A stretch of 64,000 nt of DNA from Ginglymostoma cirratum (lineage: Eukaryota). The notes under the pieces are model-generated. The model had not been told where the DNA came from and made no database searches. It was given only the letters and a program-made list of their open reading frames with translations. The DNA lies in NCBI GenBank assembly GCA_024137785.1, contig JAHRHZ010000056.1, positions 11,002,433-11,066,432 of the forward strand, in the 5' to 3' direction. Shown here one piece after another: positions 13,771-24,790 of the stretch. The stretch's first letter is position 1. Each line of letters starts with the position of its first letter. The position numbers and the translations under genes are program-made.

Positions 13771-14771
13771 GGGGGAGGGGAAGAGGGTTCTGAAATAAAT
13801 AGGGAGAGAGGGAGAGGTGGATAGAGGATGGATAGAGGAGAGGATAGGTGGAGAGGAGGCAGACAAGTCGAAGAGGCGGGGATGGAGCCAGTAAAGGTGA
13901 GTGTAGGTGGGGGGGTAGGGAGGAGATAGGTCAGTCCAGGTCAAGGGGGCGGGATGATGTTAGTAGATAGGAGATGGGGGTGGGGCTTGAGGTGGGAGGA
14001 GGGGATAGGTGAGAGGAAAAACAGGTTAGGGAGGTGGAGATGAGCTGGGCTGGTTTTGGGATGCGGTTGGGGGAGGGGAGATTTTGAAGCTTGTGAAATC
14101 CACATTGATACCATTGGGCTGCAGGGTTCCCAGGCTGAATATGATTTGTTGTTCCTGCAGCCTTCGGGTGGCATCACTGTGGCATTGCAGGAGGGCCAGG
14201 ATGGACATGTCGTCTGAGGAATGGGAGGGGGAGTTGAAATGGTTCGCGACTGGGAGGTGCAGTTGTTTGTTGCGAACTGAGTGCAGGTGTTCTGCAAAGC
14301 GGTCCCCAAGCCTCCGCTTGGTTTCCCCAATGTAGAGGAAGCCACAACGGGTATAGCAGATGCAGGATACCACATTGGCAGATGTGCAGATGAACATCTG
14401 CCTGATGTGGAGAGTCTTCTTGGGGCCTGGGATTGGGGTGAGGGAGGAGTTGTGGGTGCAGGTGTAGCACTTCCTGCGGTTGCAGGGAAAAGTGCCGGGT
14501 GTGGTGGGGCTGGAGGGGAGTGTGGAGCGGACAAGGGAGTCGCGGAGGGAGTGGTCCCTCCGGAAGGCAGATAAGGGTGGGGAGGCAAAAATGTCTTTGG
14601 TGGTGGACTGACCTATCTCCTCCTTACCCCCCCACCTACACTCACCTTTACTGGCTCCATCCCCACCTCTTCGACTTGTCTGCCTCCTCTCCACCTATCC
14701 CCTCCTCTATCCATCCTCTATCCACCTCCCCCTCTCTCCCTATTTATTTCAGAACCCTCTTCCCCTCCCCC

Positions 14772-14807
14772 ATTTCTGATGAAGGGGCTAGGCCCGAAAC
14801 GTCAAGT
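14772..14807 (+). ncRNA. Minimal type I hammerhead ribozyme motif in the inverted pLTR copy
   Basis: CTGATGA-A-GGG-GCTAGG-CCC-GAAAC-GTC. Confidence 0.65.
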
Positions 14808-16949
14808 TTTCCTGCTCCTATGATGCTGCTTGGCCTGCTGTGTTCATCCAGCCCCACGCCTTGTTATCTCGGATTCTCCAGCATCTGCAGTAGCTTTTAT
14901 CTCTTATTCCTGTGGCAGAGTCTGCTTCGCACACCAGTCTTATGAGCCATCTCAGACCACATTGAACTGGAATGGCAACAAATCATCCTCAATCCCTCCA
15001 GACAGCCGATGCAAAAGGCGTAAACTTGAAATTCCCGACTTTCTCCCTGTTTGACTTCTGAAGAATTCTGAAGAAATAGGTATTAATATTCTACCAAAAG
15101 AATCCCATCCACAAACATTTCAGTGTTTTTTTTAAAATGCATTTTTTACATTTCTAACCACAGACATTCAGACCAATCTGTCTAAAATAATGCCCCTCCA
15201 AATTTTTAGTGATTTACGCTGATGAAACTACACAAGGTCATTCAGAATTGTAACTAAAACTCAATATGCAAACAGTTTACAAACTGGAAGAGGTTGGTCT
15301 GAGACTTTGCCACATGCTACAATACAGTCAATAGGTTATCTGTGACTACACTGCAACTGAAATCCTTCAGGCATTCAGGGTGTTCCAATACTCTTTTAAA
15401 AATATACCAAGAATACCAACTAGCCCCATGGGTACCTGATGGCTAAAATAAATGATTTTATATTTTGTTCAAAATCCTTTGATACTTTGTCATCAAATAA
15501 AGATAAAAAAAGTGCAGTTCAAATAAAGGCAATTTTGAAATCTGAAGGTGAATACAATTCTTCCATTAGATTCTTAACTTCCTCCTTTTTTTAATAAAAA
15601 GGCAATTAAAAGTTGAGTCTGCTAAAACAGTTACTCCATGCTGGACCTCAGCTACAGGAACTTGTGATCTATTTGATTTATGTCTTAAAGAAATGCCAGA
15701 CACAAGGCTGAACATGATCTGAGGCACTACTATTAAGTTAGCCAACACCCCCCAATGAGAACCATACAATTTAGCTTACAGATCATTGCCTTCTTAAAAC
15801 TTAACCACAAAATTGGTAAACTAACGTATGGACCATCTTTACACTGCCACGAAATCACTCGATGAGTTTAAATAGAACAGTTGGTAATCTCTCTGCATTG
15901 TCACCCATGAAAAAAATAAGATTAACACCAATCACAATGTTCACAATGCATGCATAAATTTTAGGCTAGTCTTTAGGATGAGTTCATTCCATTTTTTCAT
16001 TGCTTAATGAAGAACAGATTAATCACATATGTGCAGGAGGAACAAGATACTTCTGGACAAAAAAAAGGATGGCTAAATTAGAAAAAAAAGTCTTGGCAGA
16101 TCATTGTTGGGTGATATGTTACAGCTGGGTGCATATCGAACACTGGAAAGCTGAGAGAAAACAAAATGCCAACATATGCAGAATCAGTCAGAGGTACAAA
16201 GCTTTGCATAAACTTTGCAAAATCTTCAAAAAATGCTTGTGATTTATTTAGTAATATACTTTAACCCTCCTGGGTGTTTTTTCTAAAGGAAACATTTTTA
16301 AAATTAAGAATGATAATGATTGCTGGCTTCTACATGTCAGTAATTAAGGTCATTTTTGACCAAGATATTGCATTGTCAACTTCTCCATTAATTTGCATCT
16401 CACTTGATTAAATTAACATAATTATTGCAAAATGAACCCTTTTTTTAAAACTGAAGGAGGGAAACTAAAAGCATTGCAAACCATTTAGTCTGTGTCCATT
16501 TTATCCAAAAAAAGAACTGGGCAGTACGAGAGACCGACTGGGTGGACTGATTTGGAAGTCACTGCATACTGAATTAATAAAAAGTGTTATTTCACATGTG
16601 CAAGAATTCAGTTAACTCTTTGACTACTGGGTACTGATTCCACTTTCAACAAGCACACGTTTAAAAACTACGAGCTGGGCAAAAGGTTTTGATTAATCTG
16701 CTATCAATCACATGGTCTAGAGGTGATTAAAATATCAGACCTGTGACGATGAGTTTGTCAGGTACAGCCCTCAAATGTTTAAGTGTATTCCTGCTAATAT
16801 AATGTCATAATGAGCATTAATTTTTATAACTAATGATGCTTGGATATCCTATGTTCAGTTCATAAGCCAGGTTATGTTAATGAAAAATGACTTCAACTTT
16901 ATATTTACACAGTTGTAATTGTAATTTGAATACTCCTGCCCATCGTCTC

Positions 16950-17435
16950 TGGTGTCCTCCAAGGATCTATGGTTGACCCTTTCCATTTTCTTATTGACAT
17001 TTTGTTCCTCAGTGACATTCCTCATAAGAGTCTCAGTTTCCTCAAATGTGCTGATGACATCCAAGCCATACCTCACCACCAACTCCCTTGAATCCTACAC
17101 TGTGTCTAAATCATCAGACTGCTTCTCTGACATCCAGTACTGTATGAAAAGATGCTGCCTCATATTAAATATCGCAAAGACTGAAAACATATTGCCTTTT
17201 CTCCCAGCCACAGACTGTACTCCACAGCCACAAACTTCCTGTCCAGGGTCCAAGATTGACTGTTCACCTCTCTAATCAGTCTGCCTCTCTCCTTTATTTT
17301 TCTCCTTTATGGTATTCCTTAAAATCCCACCTCTTATGTGGCTCAGTGCCAACTTCTGTTTTATGATACTCTCGTGAAGTGCCTTAGGCTGTTTTGCTAG
17401 GTTGAAGGCACTATATAAATACAAGGTGTTGTGGT
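16950..17435 (+). mobile_element. L2-type LINE fragments including 3' end
   Basis: tgtgctgatgacatccaa (ADD motif), LNIAKTE, tail gtgaagtgccttagg...ggcactatataaatacaag. Confidence 0.65.
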
Positions 17436-18227
17436 TCTGGCTGTGTCTGTTGTTTCACATCCTTCCCTGAGCCCATCAAGTTAAATTTCCTCTAAGAAAG
17501 CCCCCACATGAGATCCAAATGCACACTTATCTCTAATTTCCTATCTCTCCTAATTTTGTTCCGAAGTTCACTTTGACTTCTCGACCCCGACTTGCTCACT
17601 CTCTCCAATTCCCACTAATTGTTGACAATCCAATTTCCTTTCCTTGCCCAAAGTTAGCTGATATTGTTAACAATTCTCTCGCTTTATGTCTCCCTCTCTT
17701 TTAAATCTGCCTTTGTTAACCCTCTCCTCAAAAATGCAACACTATAAACACCCTTACCCTTAAAAACTACCACGTTATACTCAGCCTTCCTTTCCTCTCC
17801 AAAGTCTTTGAACATTGTTATGACCAGATGCAAGGTGAAGTTTCCCAATGTGTTACATTTTCATATAGGATACTCCAAACCAGAGGGATGAACTAGTTCC
17901 TCTTTCTATAATTACCCATTCTCTTTGTAGAGTGCAACAAGGTTGAACATGCTCCCTTCACTTGTGGGCACCTTTCTCCCAAACCCATATTAATTTATGA
18001 TTTAAAAGGAACCAATTTAACCAGGCTTTCTTCAGTTAAAAAAGGAGTATGTTTATTAATTATTGAATGTAAGAAGAATTAGTAACACCACCCACATGCA
18101 CACAGATTAGAAATTATGTGCTGAATCTTATGCTCTTTTGGCTAAGTGCTTGCTGCATTGAGATTTTTGGAGTGATTCTCAGCTCAAGGCCCAGCAAGAT
18201 TCCTCACCACTCCTTACCAAACGAACC

Positions 18228-19100
18228 TTATTAACTACCTACCCCACCGCTCACATCCAAATGCAGCCCCATCTTACCACGCTCCATTCCCGGAACAATT
18301 TCAGCAGGAAGACCCTGCATCTGTTGTGCCCACACCATTGGTAAAAGTGAATTGTACACCCAGACAAGCACTGCCGGTGTTGAGCTGCCCTGGACAGTTA
18401 CTGATATGTGCCCCAGAAATGCCAGACGGGGAGAAATTGACATCCCTCTGTGAAGGCAAATGCCTGGAAGTCTTGCTGGATGGGGTGATGCAGACATGGG
18501 ATGTCTACTTCCCCTAAGACCAGCTGTGGAGGCCATTGTCTGCCTGTTCTGACGTTACACATGGGTCATTGCAATCTCAGCTTCTGGACGAATGCACAGC
18601 ACCGTAGCAGGGAGGTCAATGACCTTCTCTACTCTGCCAACGTAAGTGCCATCACCTTCTCTCTGATACCACACTGTCTCTCTTCTATTGTACCTATCTC
18701 TCACCAAGGCTAAGTGTGAACAATTCTCATTATTTCTTGCAATATCTTCCGTCACTCATTCTCACACCCACTTCCTCCTCCCTCCCACTCCTCGACACCA
18801 CCAACCCTGTATGCCCTCTGAGCTGTGCAATCAGTCATTCAAGACACACTCCCTATTTGCACCAACTGTAACAGCTATGCCATCAACGTTTATCTCCCAT
18901 AATACTTGCCTCTCTCCCATTCCAGGAGGAAAACAGCCCACAATAGGGCAAACAATGTCAGGACAGGTGGTGAACTGCCTGACATTTGACTGTGTCTGAG
19001 CCCCTGAACTGGTATCAGAGGTTGCACTTGACTTATACCAGAACCCGCTGTGCATAAGCTATCCCCCTTGACTTGACTGAAGACTGCTGACTACATCAAG
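18228..19100 (+). mobile_element. Harbinger relic with Myb/SANT-like ORF remnant
   Basis: LEVLLDGVMQTWDVYFP ... REVNDLLYSA then GTAAGT; homologous to 29610-30330. Confidence 0.55.
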
Positions 19101-19324
19101 TTTCCTGGCTTTAATCCTGTGCTAAATGGTGAGCCAAGATAGAAGTGAAATGAGCCTGGTATATCTAACTGAGGGGGCAAAGTGCAAAATGGCAAGGCGA
19201 TGCAATTCCTGGCAGGGACGATTTGAGTATCCGGGTAGGCCCAGAAATGAGGTTCTCAAGCAATTTCTGGTTTTGTTTCAGATTTCCAGCATCTGCAGTT
19301 CTTTGTTCAATTTTCGTCCAGAGA

Positions 19325-19570
19325 CGCTGTTTGGATTAGTCCATGAGTGGGGTGTGTGTCCCTGACTGCATGGTATCTTTGCAGCAGGTTTATGATGACA
19401 GCTGCTGGTGTAGCGCAAGGTGTAGTATTGATGTACAGAAGCATCCTGCAACTGAATCAGAGATGTGCCTTGAGGGTCTTAGATGCTGGCAGGTTGGATT
19501 CCAATATCTGTGGATGGGGTATGTGTAGCCAGTGCCATGGAGTGTGCCCTGAAATGTTGGTACCTGGTAT
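19325..19570 (+). repeat. Interspersed repeat, diverged inverted copy of 10230-10435
   Basis: Colinear similarity to the reverse complement of 10230-10435 (cagaag[cg]atcctg, atcagag[ag]tgt, ccatgga, atgttggt). Confidence 0.55.
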
Positions 19571-19956
19571 CCAACATTGAGGCACTTGGGAGTGGGCTTG
19601 CAACCTGAAATCATCAGAGCCCTGTTCTAGTTTCAATGTGGACAATTCTCAACCATCGAGCTGGTTCAGCATGCACGGTAGCGTAGGAAGCTGAAAACGC
19701 GAGTTACAGAGTTAATAAGGCATTTAACAAGTTATAATCTGCACTCTGCCTTAATTACTGATTTGTCACAGTCTAGAACTCACCATGGTGCTCAACAAAA
19801 GCATTAAAGATGGAAGACGATGGTCCTGACAACTCACCTGATTCTTTCACAAATCTCACTGCAGCTCATATCACTCAGACCCCTATAAAATTCCACTCAA
19901 AAGGTGAGTCAAAAAAAAGTTAATAGAAGATATTTGGATTCATCTCTCTATTGTTT

Positions 19957-20312
19957 ATAGAATAATAGAACCTTACAGTGTGGAATCAGGCCATTCAGCC
20001 TGTCGAGTCTGCACCAGACCTCCAAAGGGCATCCCATCCAGACCCAACCCCACCCTATCCCTGTAACCCTGCACAGGCATGGCTAATCCACCTAACCTAC
20101 ACATCCTTGGACACTGTGGGCAATTTACCATGGGCCACTCCACCTAACCTGCACATCTTTGGACTGTAGGAGTAAACTGGAGTTCCCGGAGGAAGCCCAC
20201 GCAGGTGCAGGCAGAATGTACAAACTCTGCAGACTGTCACCCAAGGGGGAATTGAATCCAGATCTCTGGTGCTGTGAGGCAGCCAGCCAACCATTGAACT
20301 ACCGTCCCACCC
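19957..20312 (-). mobile_element. HE1-type V-SINE (tRNA-derived)
   Basis: Minus strand tRNA-like head (ggtagttcaatggttgg...gattcaattcccc), V-domain ccaaagatgtgcaggttagg, CR1-like tail. Confidence 0.85.
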
Positions 20313-21129
20313 TTGCTCACAAAAAAACAGATGCTATATGTTGTGGCTGTTGAATTGGAGGTTACTGGTGACATCGACATTGGTCTGTTGATTTTCAAAA
20401 GTATTAGTGTGGTAAGCTGGTTGAAGTTCATTTGTCCCAATTCCTTCCCTTAACTTGTTTGCAGAACTCAGAATAAGAGAAGGTACCTGTAACCCTGAGA
20501 TAAATAGAGGTTAGTTCTTCCATTGTTATCACTACAACAAATCCTCAAACTCTGTCTAGTAAAAATAAGAGATTTCTGTCCCATTAGTCCACTCCCGCAG
20601 AGTTGAAAGTGACATTTTAACCTCAATCTTTGTGTATCATTCCAAGGGAAGAAGTTTCAGACATATCTGCATGGTGTGTCAGAGTGTGCTATTGAGCAGA
20701 GAATGATCAACCTCTCATTATTATGGTTGTCACTTGGGATCACAGTTGATTTTCCTTTGACCTCAGGTTTCACATTTCATTGGTCTCTTCCTCTCTCTCT
20801 CTAGACAGCCATTTTATTTACATCTACAGCTATTCTTGACAATATCACCCATCTTTTGAAAAACACATTTTTGAATTAAGGGCATAGTATGTCCACAGTA
20901 CCTTAGGGTTCTGACTCATGGTCATTACAATATGAATACTGCCCCTTTCCCCCAATTGAATGTTGAATCCCTCTTACCAAATTTCTGTTTGTGACACAGT
21001 ATTAAAATGGGTCATATCAAAGTTACATTGACAACCTATGTAACTTCAAGCATTGTAAACTATTTCACCCCATCTTTCTGAACTTGTGAGAAGCATTTGA
21101 AATGATTAACCACATCATCCTTCCCTAGT

Positions 21130-21492
21130 GCTTCTCCATTGTGCTTCAGCTGGATGAGATTACATCACCTATTCCATTCTTATCGATCCAATTGGAGCCA
21201 GAGGATTACCTGCACCAGCTTGTCTCCCTCCTCCCACGCTGTTACCTCTTTTGTCCTGAAGGAGCTATCCTCAACCACCTTCAACTTCTCAACTACATCT
21301 TGCCACTCAACTACATCATCTGAAAATGTAACTTCGGCTTCCACATGCACATTGATGACATCCAATTATACCTCTGTGCCACTTCTCTAAACCTCTTTTC
21401 TGTCTCTAAATTGTTCAACAGTTTGTGTGAAATTTAGTACTGGATGAGCAAAAATTTCCTCCATTTAAATATTGGAAGGACTGGAATCATTG
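21130..21492 (+). mobile_element. L2-type RT fragment
   Basis: ttccacatgcacattgatgacatccaattatacctc; tactggatgagcaaaaatttcctccatttaaatattggaagg. Confidence 0.6.
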
Positions 21493-22436
21493 GGTAGAAA
21501 TGAATGTAGGGGTTGGAAGTTGTGTACACCAGCTGGACAGTGAGCTCTAGTCTGCCCATGTTTGAGAAGATCCATCATATTATGTGTCAATCAGGCTCTG
21601 AACTGGGCAGCCCCAGGCATTCCCCAGGATCAAGACCCCCGCCCCGGGGCAGAAATACAAGCACCCACTGCTGTAAGGGTTCTGGCCCATCAGAGAATAG
21701 GAGGTGCACTTGGCAGCAGGGAGAGAAAGGTGTTATCATAATGAACCCGGCAACAGGCTAGGCTTGCAAGGGACTCAGATCACAGGAAAGTGATGGCATA
21801 AGGAAGGTGACAGGGCGTGGATCGTGCAAGGCAGACTGAGGGTGTATTGGAAGTAAACACTCGAGGAGTCTCTCCATACTTCTCCCAGCTAGCCTCCAAC
21901 TCCATTCCTGATTCTGGGTCCCCTAGTCAGGTACTGAGTACTTTTGAAGCATTTGAAGCTTTTTCTCATCGTGAAATTCTCATCTTTCCTTTCAAATCTC
22001 ACCATAATATCACCCCATATCATCTCTGTGAGCTCCCACAGCTCGATCACCCCTGAGGTATCTGCTTTTGAGCTAGGTATCTATTTTCTCTTGGAAATCT
22101 CTGAACAACCTCAAAAGGGCTTGCTTTTGAAGAATGAAGACTAACATCAGTGGACAAGGCCCTTAAGTGAGCATTAATTGTCCACTATTGGCATCAATCA
22201 GCAGTGAAGCATGAGTGCTGTCCTGACCGATTCCCATCCCACTTGATTAAATGCCCCTCACCACCAAACGTGCTTCAAGGGAGGGCATTAACTTCTAACC
22301 ACAAACTTCTTTGCCTAGCTGCTTAGTAAATTATGTTTCTGTCACAGGCTACTTTCTGTCATATTTGACCCTGAGTTGAGGTTCTGACCGTCACTTAGAT
22401 TGTTAATTTGTGTGTCTGTAACACTGGCTAAGCTAG

Positions 22437-22790
22437 TGGGGAGGTGATGGCCTAGTGGTATTATCACTGAACTATTAATCCATAGACCTGGATAGTGTCC
22501 TGGGGACCTGGGTTTGAATCCCACCACAGCAGATGGTGGAATTTGAATTCAATAAAATATCTGGAATTAAGAATCTAATGATGACTGTGAATCCATTGTC
22601 GATTGTTGGAAAAACCCATCCAGTTCACTAATATCCTTTAGGGAAGGAAACTGCCATCCTTACCTGGTCTGGCTTACATGTGGCTCCAGACCCACAGCAA
22701 TGTGGTTGACTCTTAGCTGCCCCATGGGCAATTAGGGATAGGCAATAAACGCTGCCTGGCCCTCATCCTGTGCATGAATAAAGAAAAAAA
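22437..22790 (+). mobile_element. tRNA-derived SINE (second family), near full length
   Basis: A-box tggcctagtgg, B-box ggtttgaatccc, A-rich end; related partial copies elsewhere in window. Confidence 0.75.
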
Positions 22791-22899
22791 CCTGCTTTTA
22801 AAAGTCTTATCCATTTCATTATTCTTTCTAGACTTGACTATTCCGATGTACTCTAGATATCCTCCCGTCTTCCACACTCTAACTAACCCAGAATCTTCC

Positions 22900-23372
22900 A
22901 AACCTCTGCTACCTGTAACCTAAATTACCACGTCCCTTTTACCACCAAATCTGACATTGGCACTTGGTCTGATGGTGCTCCTGTTTTGAAATTCTTATCG
23001 TTCTTTTCAAATCCCTCCATATCACCCCAGCCTATCTCTGTGTGTTCTTTCAACTCCACAACTCCCTGATGTGTTTGCTTTCTTCTAATTCTGGGGTCTT
23101 ATGCACCTCCTATTTCAATACTCCACCATTGGAAGATATAACTTTAGCTGTCAAGGCCCTAAGCTCAAAAACACCCTTCATAAGCTTCTGCCCCTCTCTT
23201 TTTCTCTTTGTTTTCTTTAAATCTGTATTTCTTCCCTTCATATCTCCTTATGTGGCTCGCCAACACATGATGTTTGATTACACTTATGTGAAGCGATCAT
23301 CTCCTAACTATACTAAAAGATGGCAAGGGATCTTTCAATATTTTGAAGGTGCTTTATAAATGCAAGTTACTG
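22900..23372 (+). mobile_element. L2-type LINE 3' end
   Basis: tgaaattcttatc...ttttcaaatccctccat; tail gaaggtgctttataaatgcaagtt. Confidence 0.6.
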
Positions 23373-24364
23373 TTTCTAATGTACAGTTATTGAAAGCAAG
23401 AGTTAAAAGCCTATGTCTCAGATATAGTGTCCTAATTAGAGCCATTTGAAAGTCTCCAAGCTAAATGAGAATTTTATAATCTAATTTCCTAATGTTGTTA
23501 TTGCCATTTAGCTCTGCTTCCTAATGTCAGTAGAGCACAGCCTGTATTGAGAGGCTAACAAGTGTTGGCCTTGCTTAGAAATAGTTTGGAACTTAAATCT
23601 GTCAATCCCATGTTATCCAAAGTAAGTATCAGTCCAGTGATTTGTTATTGTTCATACTTGTTCAGAAATGGGTATGTTCACTGACTGAAGGGCTTATTAA
23701 TACAAAGCAGCAGTACTTTGGAAACAAATTATACTGGTAATAAGCGTTGTACCTTGCACCTTCAGGGCTCTTAATCTGTTGAGCATTTTTATTGTTCATT
23801 ATTAGAGGAGTTACTAAGCCTGAAATTGCTGTAGACGCCATTAGCAAGTGGATAGATCATAACTTTGTATGATTCCCTTTAGTTGATTATTTTAGTACAC
23901 ACATGACTCAGTTGCAGCAAAAGGATTAGTCTCTGCGTTAAATAAATGGACACTGGATGGTGGAACGAAGATAAATGTATTCTTTCACTAATTTCAACCG
24001 AACTAATTTCTAAGTTAAATTGCTCTATACTGAAGAAGCATTAGTTTACAGCAACTAACAGGACAGGATTAGAAATAAATGACCAAAGGGAGTGAAGCTG
24101 TTTGCAACACCAGTAAGATGCCAGTTGACCTGCTCTTAGCCACTCATGGATGTTAATTTGTCGTTATATATAAACATGTGGTTTATGGCCAAAATAGCAA
24201 ATGTACGTGAAAGGAAGGCAAAAATAACTGTAGCACAGAATTTGAGATACGTGGTATTATGGAATTCATTTTGTGGTCACCCCAAGTTTTTCTTCAATCG
24301 TGTACAGAAAAATCTGCATAGACTATATTTTATTTAAATAGTTGCACAGCATGTTCTTGTGCAG

Positions 24365-24576
24365 AAGACATTTACTTCAGTGAGAATAGTTCCAGGGATG
24401 AGAAATTTCAGTTATAAGGACAGATTGGAGAAGCTGGGACTGTTTTCCTTGGAGAGGAGAAGACTAAGAGGAAACATGATAGAAGCTTTCAATATCATGT
24501 GGGATCTAGACAGAATAGATAGAGAGGAACTGTTCCCACTCATAAAAGGAGCAAGAACCAGAGGACACAGTTTCAA
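24365..24576 (+). mobile_element. CR1 RT fragment
   Basis: PGMRNFSYKDRLEKLGLFSLERRRLRGNMIEAFNIM...TRGHS. Confidence 0.85.
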
Positions 24577-24790
24577 TGATGGCCTCTTAGTTTTAATGCT
24601 CGACTATTAATCCAGCAACTCAGCTAATGCCCTAGGGAGCTGCGTTCAAATCCTGCCTTGGTAGATAGTGGAATTTGAATTCAGTTAAAATAAAAATCTG
24701 GAATAAGAATCTACTGATGACCATGAAACCATTGCCGATTGTCAGAAATATCCAACTGGCCCATTAATGCCATTCAGGGAAGGAAATCTG
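24577..24790 (+). mobile_element. Partial copy of the 22437 SINE family, abutting a CR1 fragment
   Basis: Shares ggaatttgaattca...atctggaat...ccattgccgattgt...agggaaggaaa with 22437-22650. Confidence 0.7.

Larger units (their letters stand above)
13675..14906 (-). mobile_element. Penelope-like retroelement, 5'-truncated, GIY-YIG endonuclease fragment, inverted pseudo-LTRs
   Basis: Minus-strand ORF to stop at 14026 with CNRRKCYTC linker, LYIGETKRRLGDRFAEH, VANHF, RRLQEQ..I..LGTLQPNGIN; 267-bp inverted repeats 13672-13938 / 14604-14870; direct repeat TTCCTGTGGCAGAG at 13661-13674 and 14907-14920. Confidence 0.92.
13340..15020 (+). mobile_element. Degenerate RTE-clade LINE 3' end, interrupted by the Penelope insertion
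   Basis: FKDVLKANLRK at ~13435-13467; rejoining across the TSD gives a CPSCGRVC...SHLRPH* C-terminal CCHH-like motif. Confidence 0.6.

Noticed and set aside
14026-14694. 222-aa ORF as a functional or domesticated GIY-YIG gene
   Set aside because: Its N-terminus is chimeric (it reads in from the inverted pLTR across the 14604 junction), RT is absent, and the first-motif Tyr appears mutated (NVVS).
13618-14945. Near-identical ORFs 13618-13944 (-) and 14499-14945 (+), and the Pro-rich ORF 13941-14588
   Set aside because: By-products of the inverted pLTRs and alternative frames of the Penelope endonuclease region.
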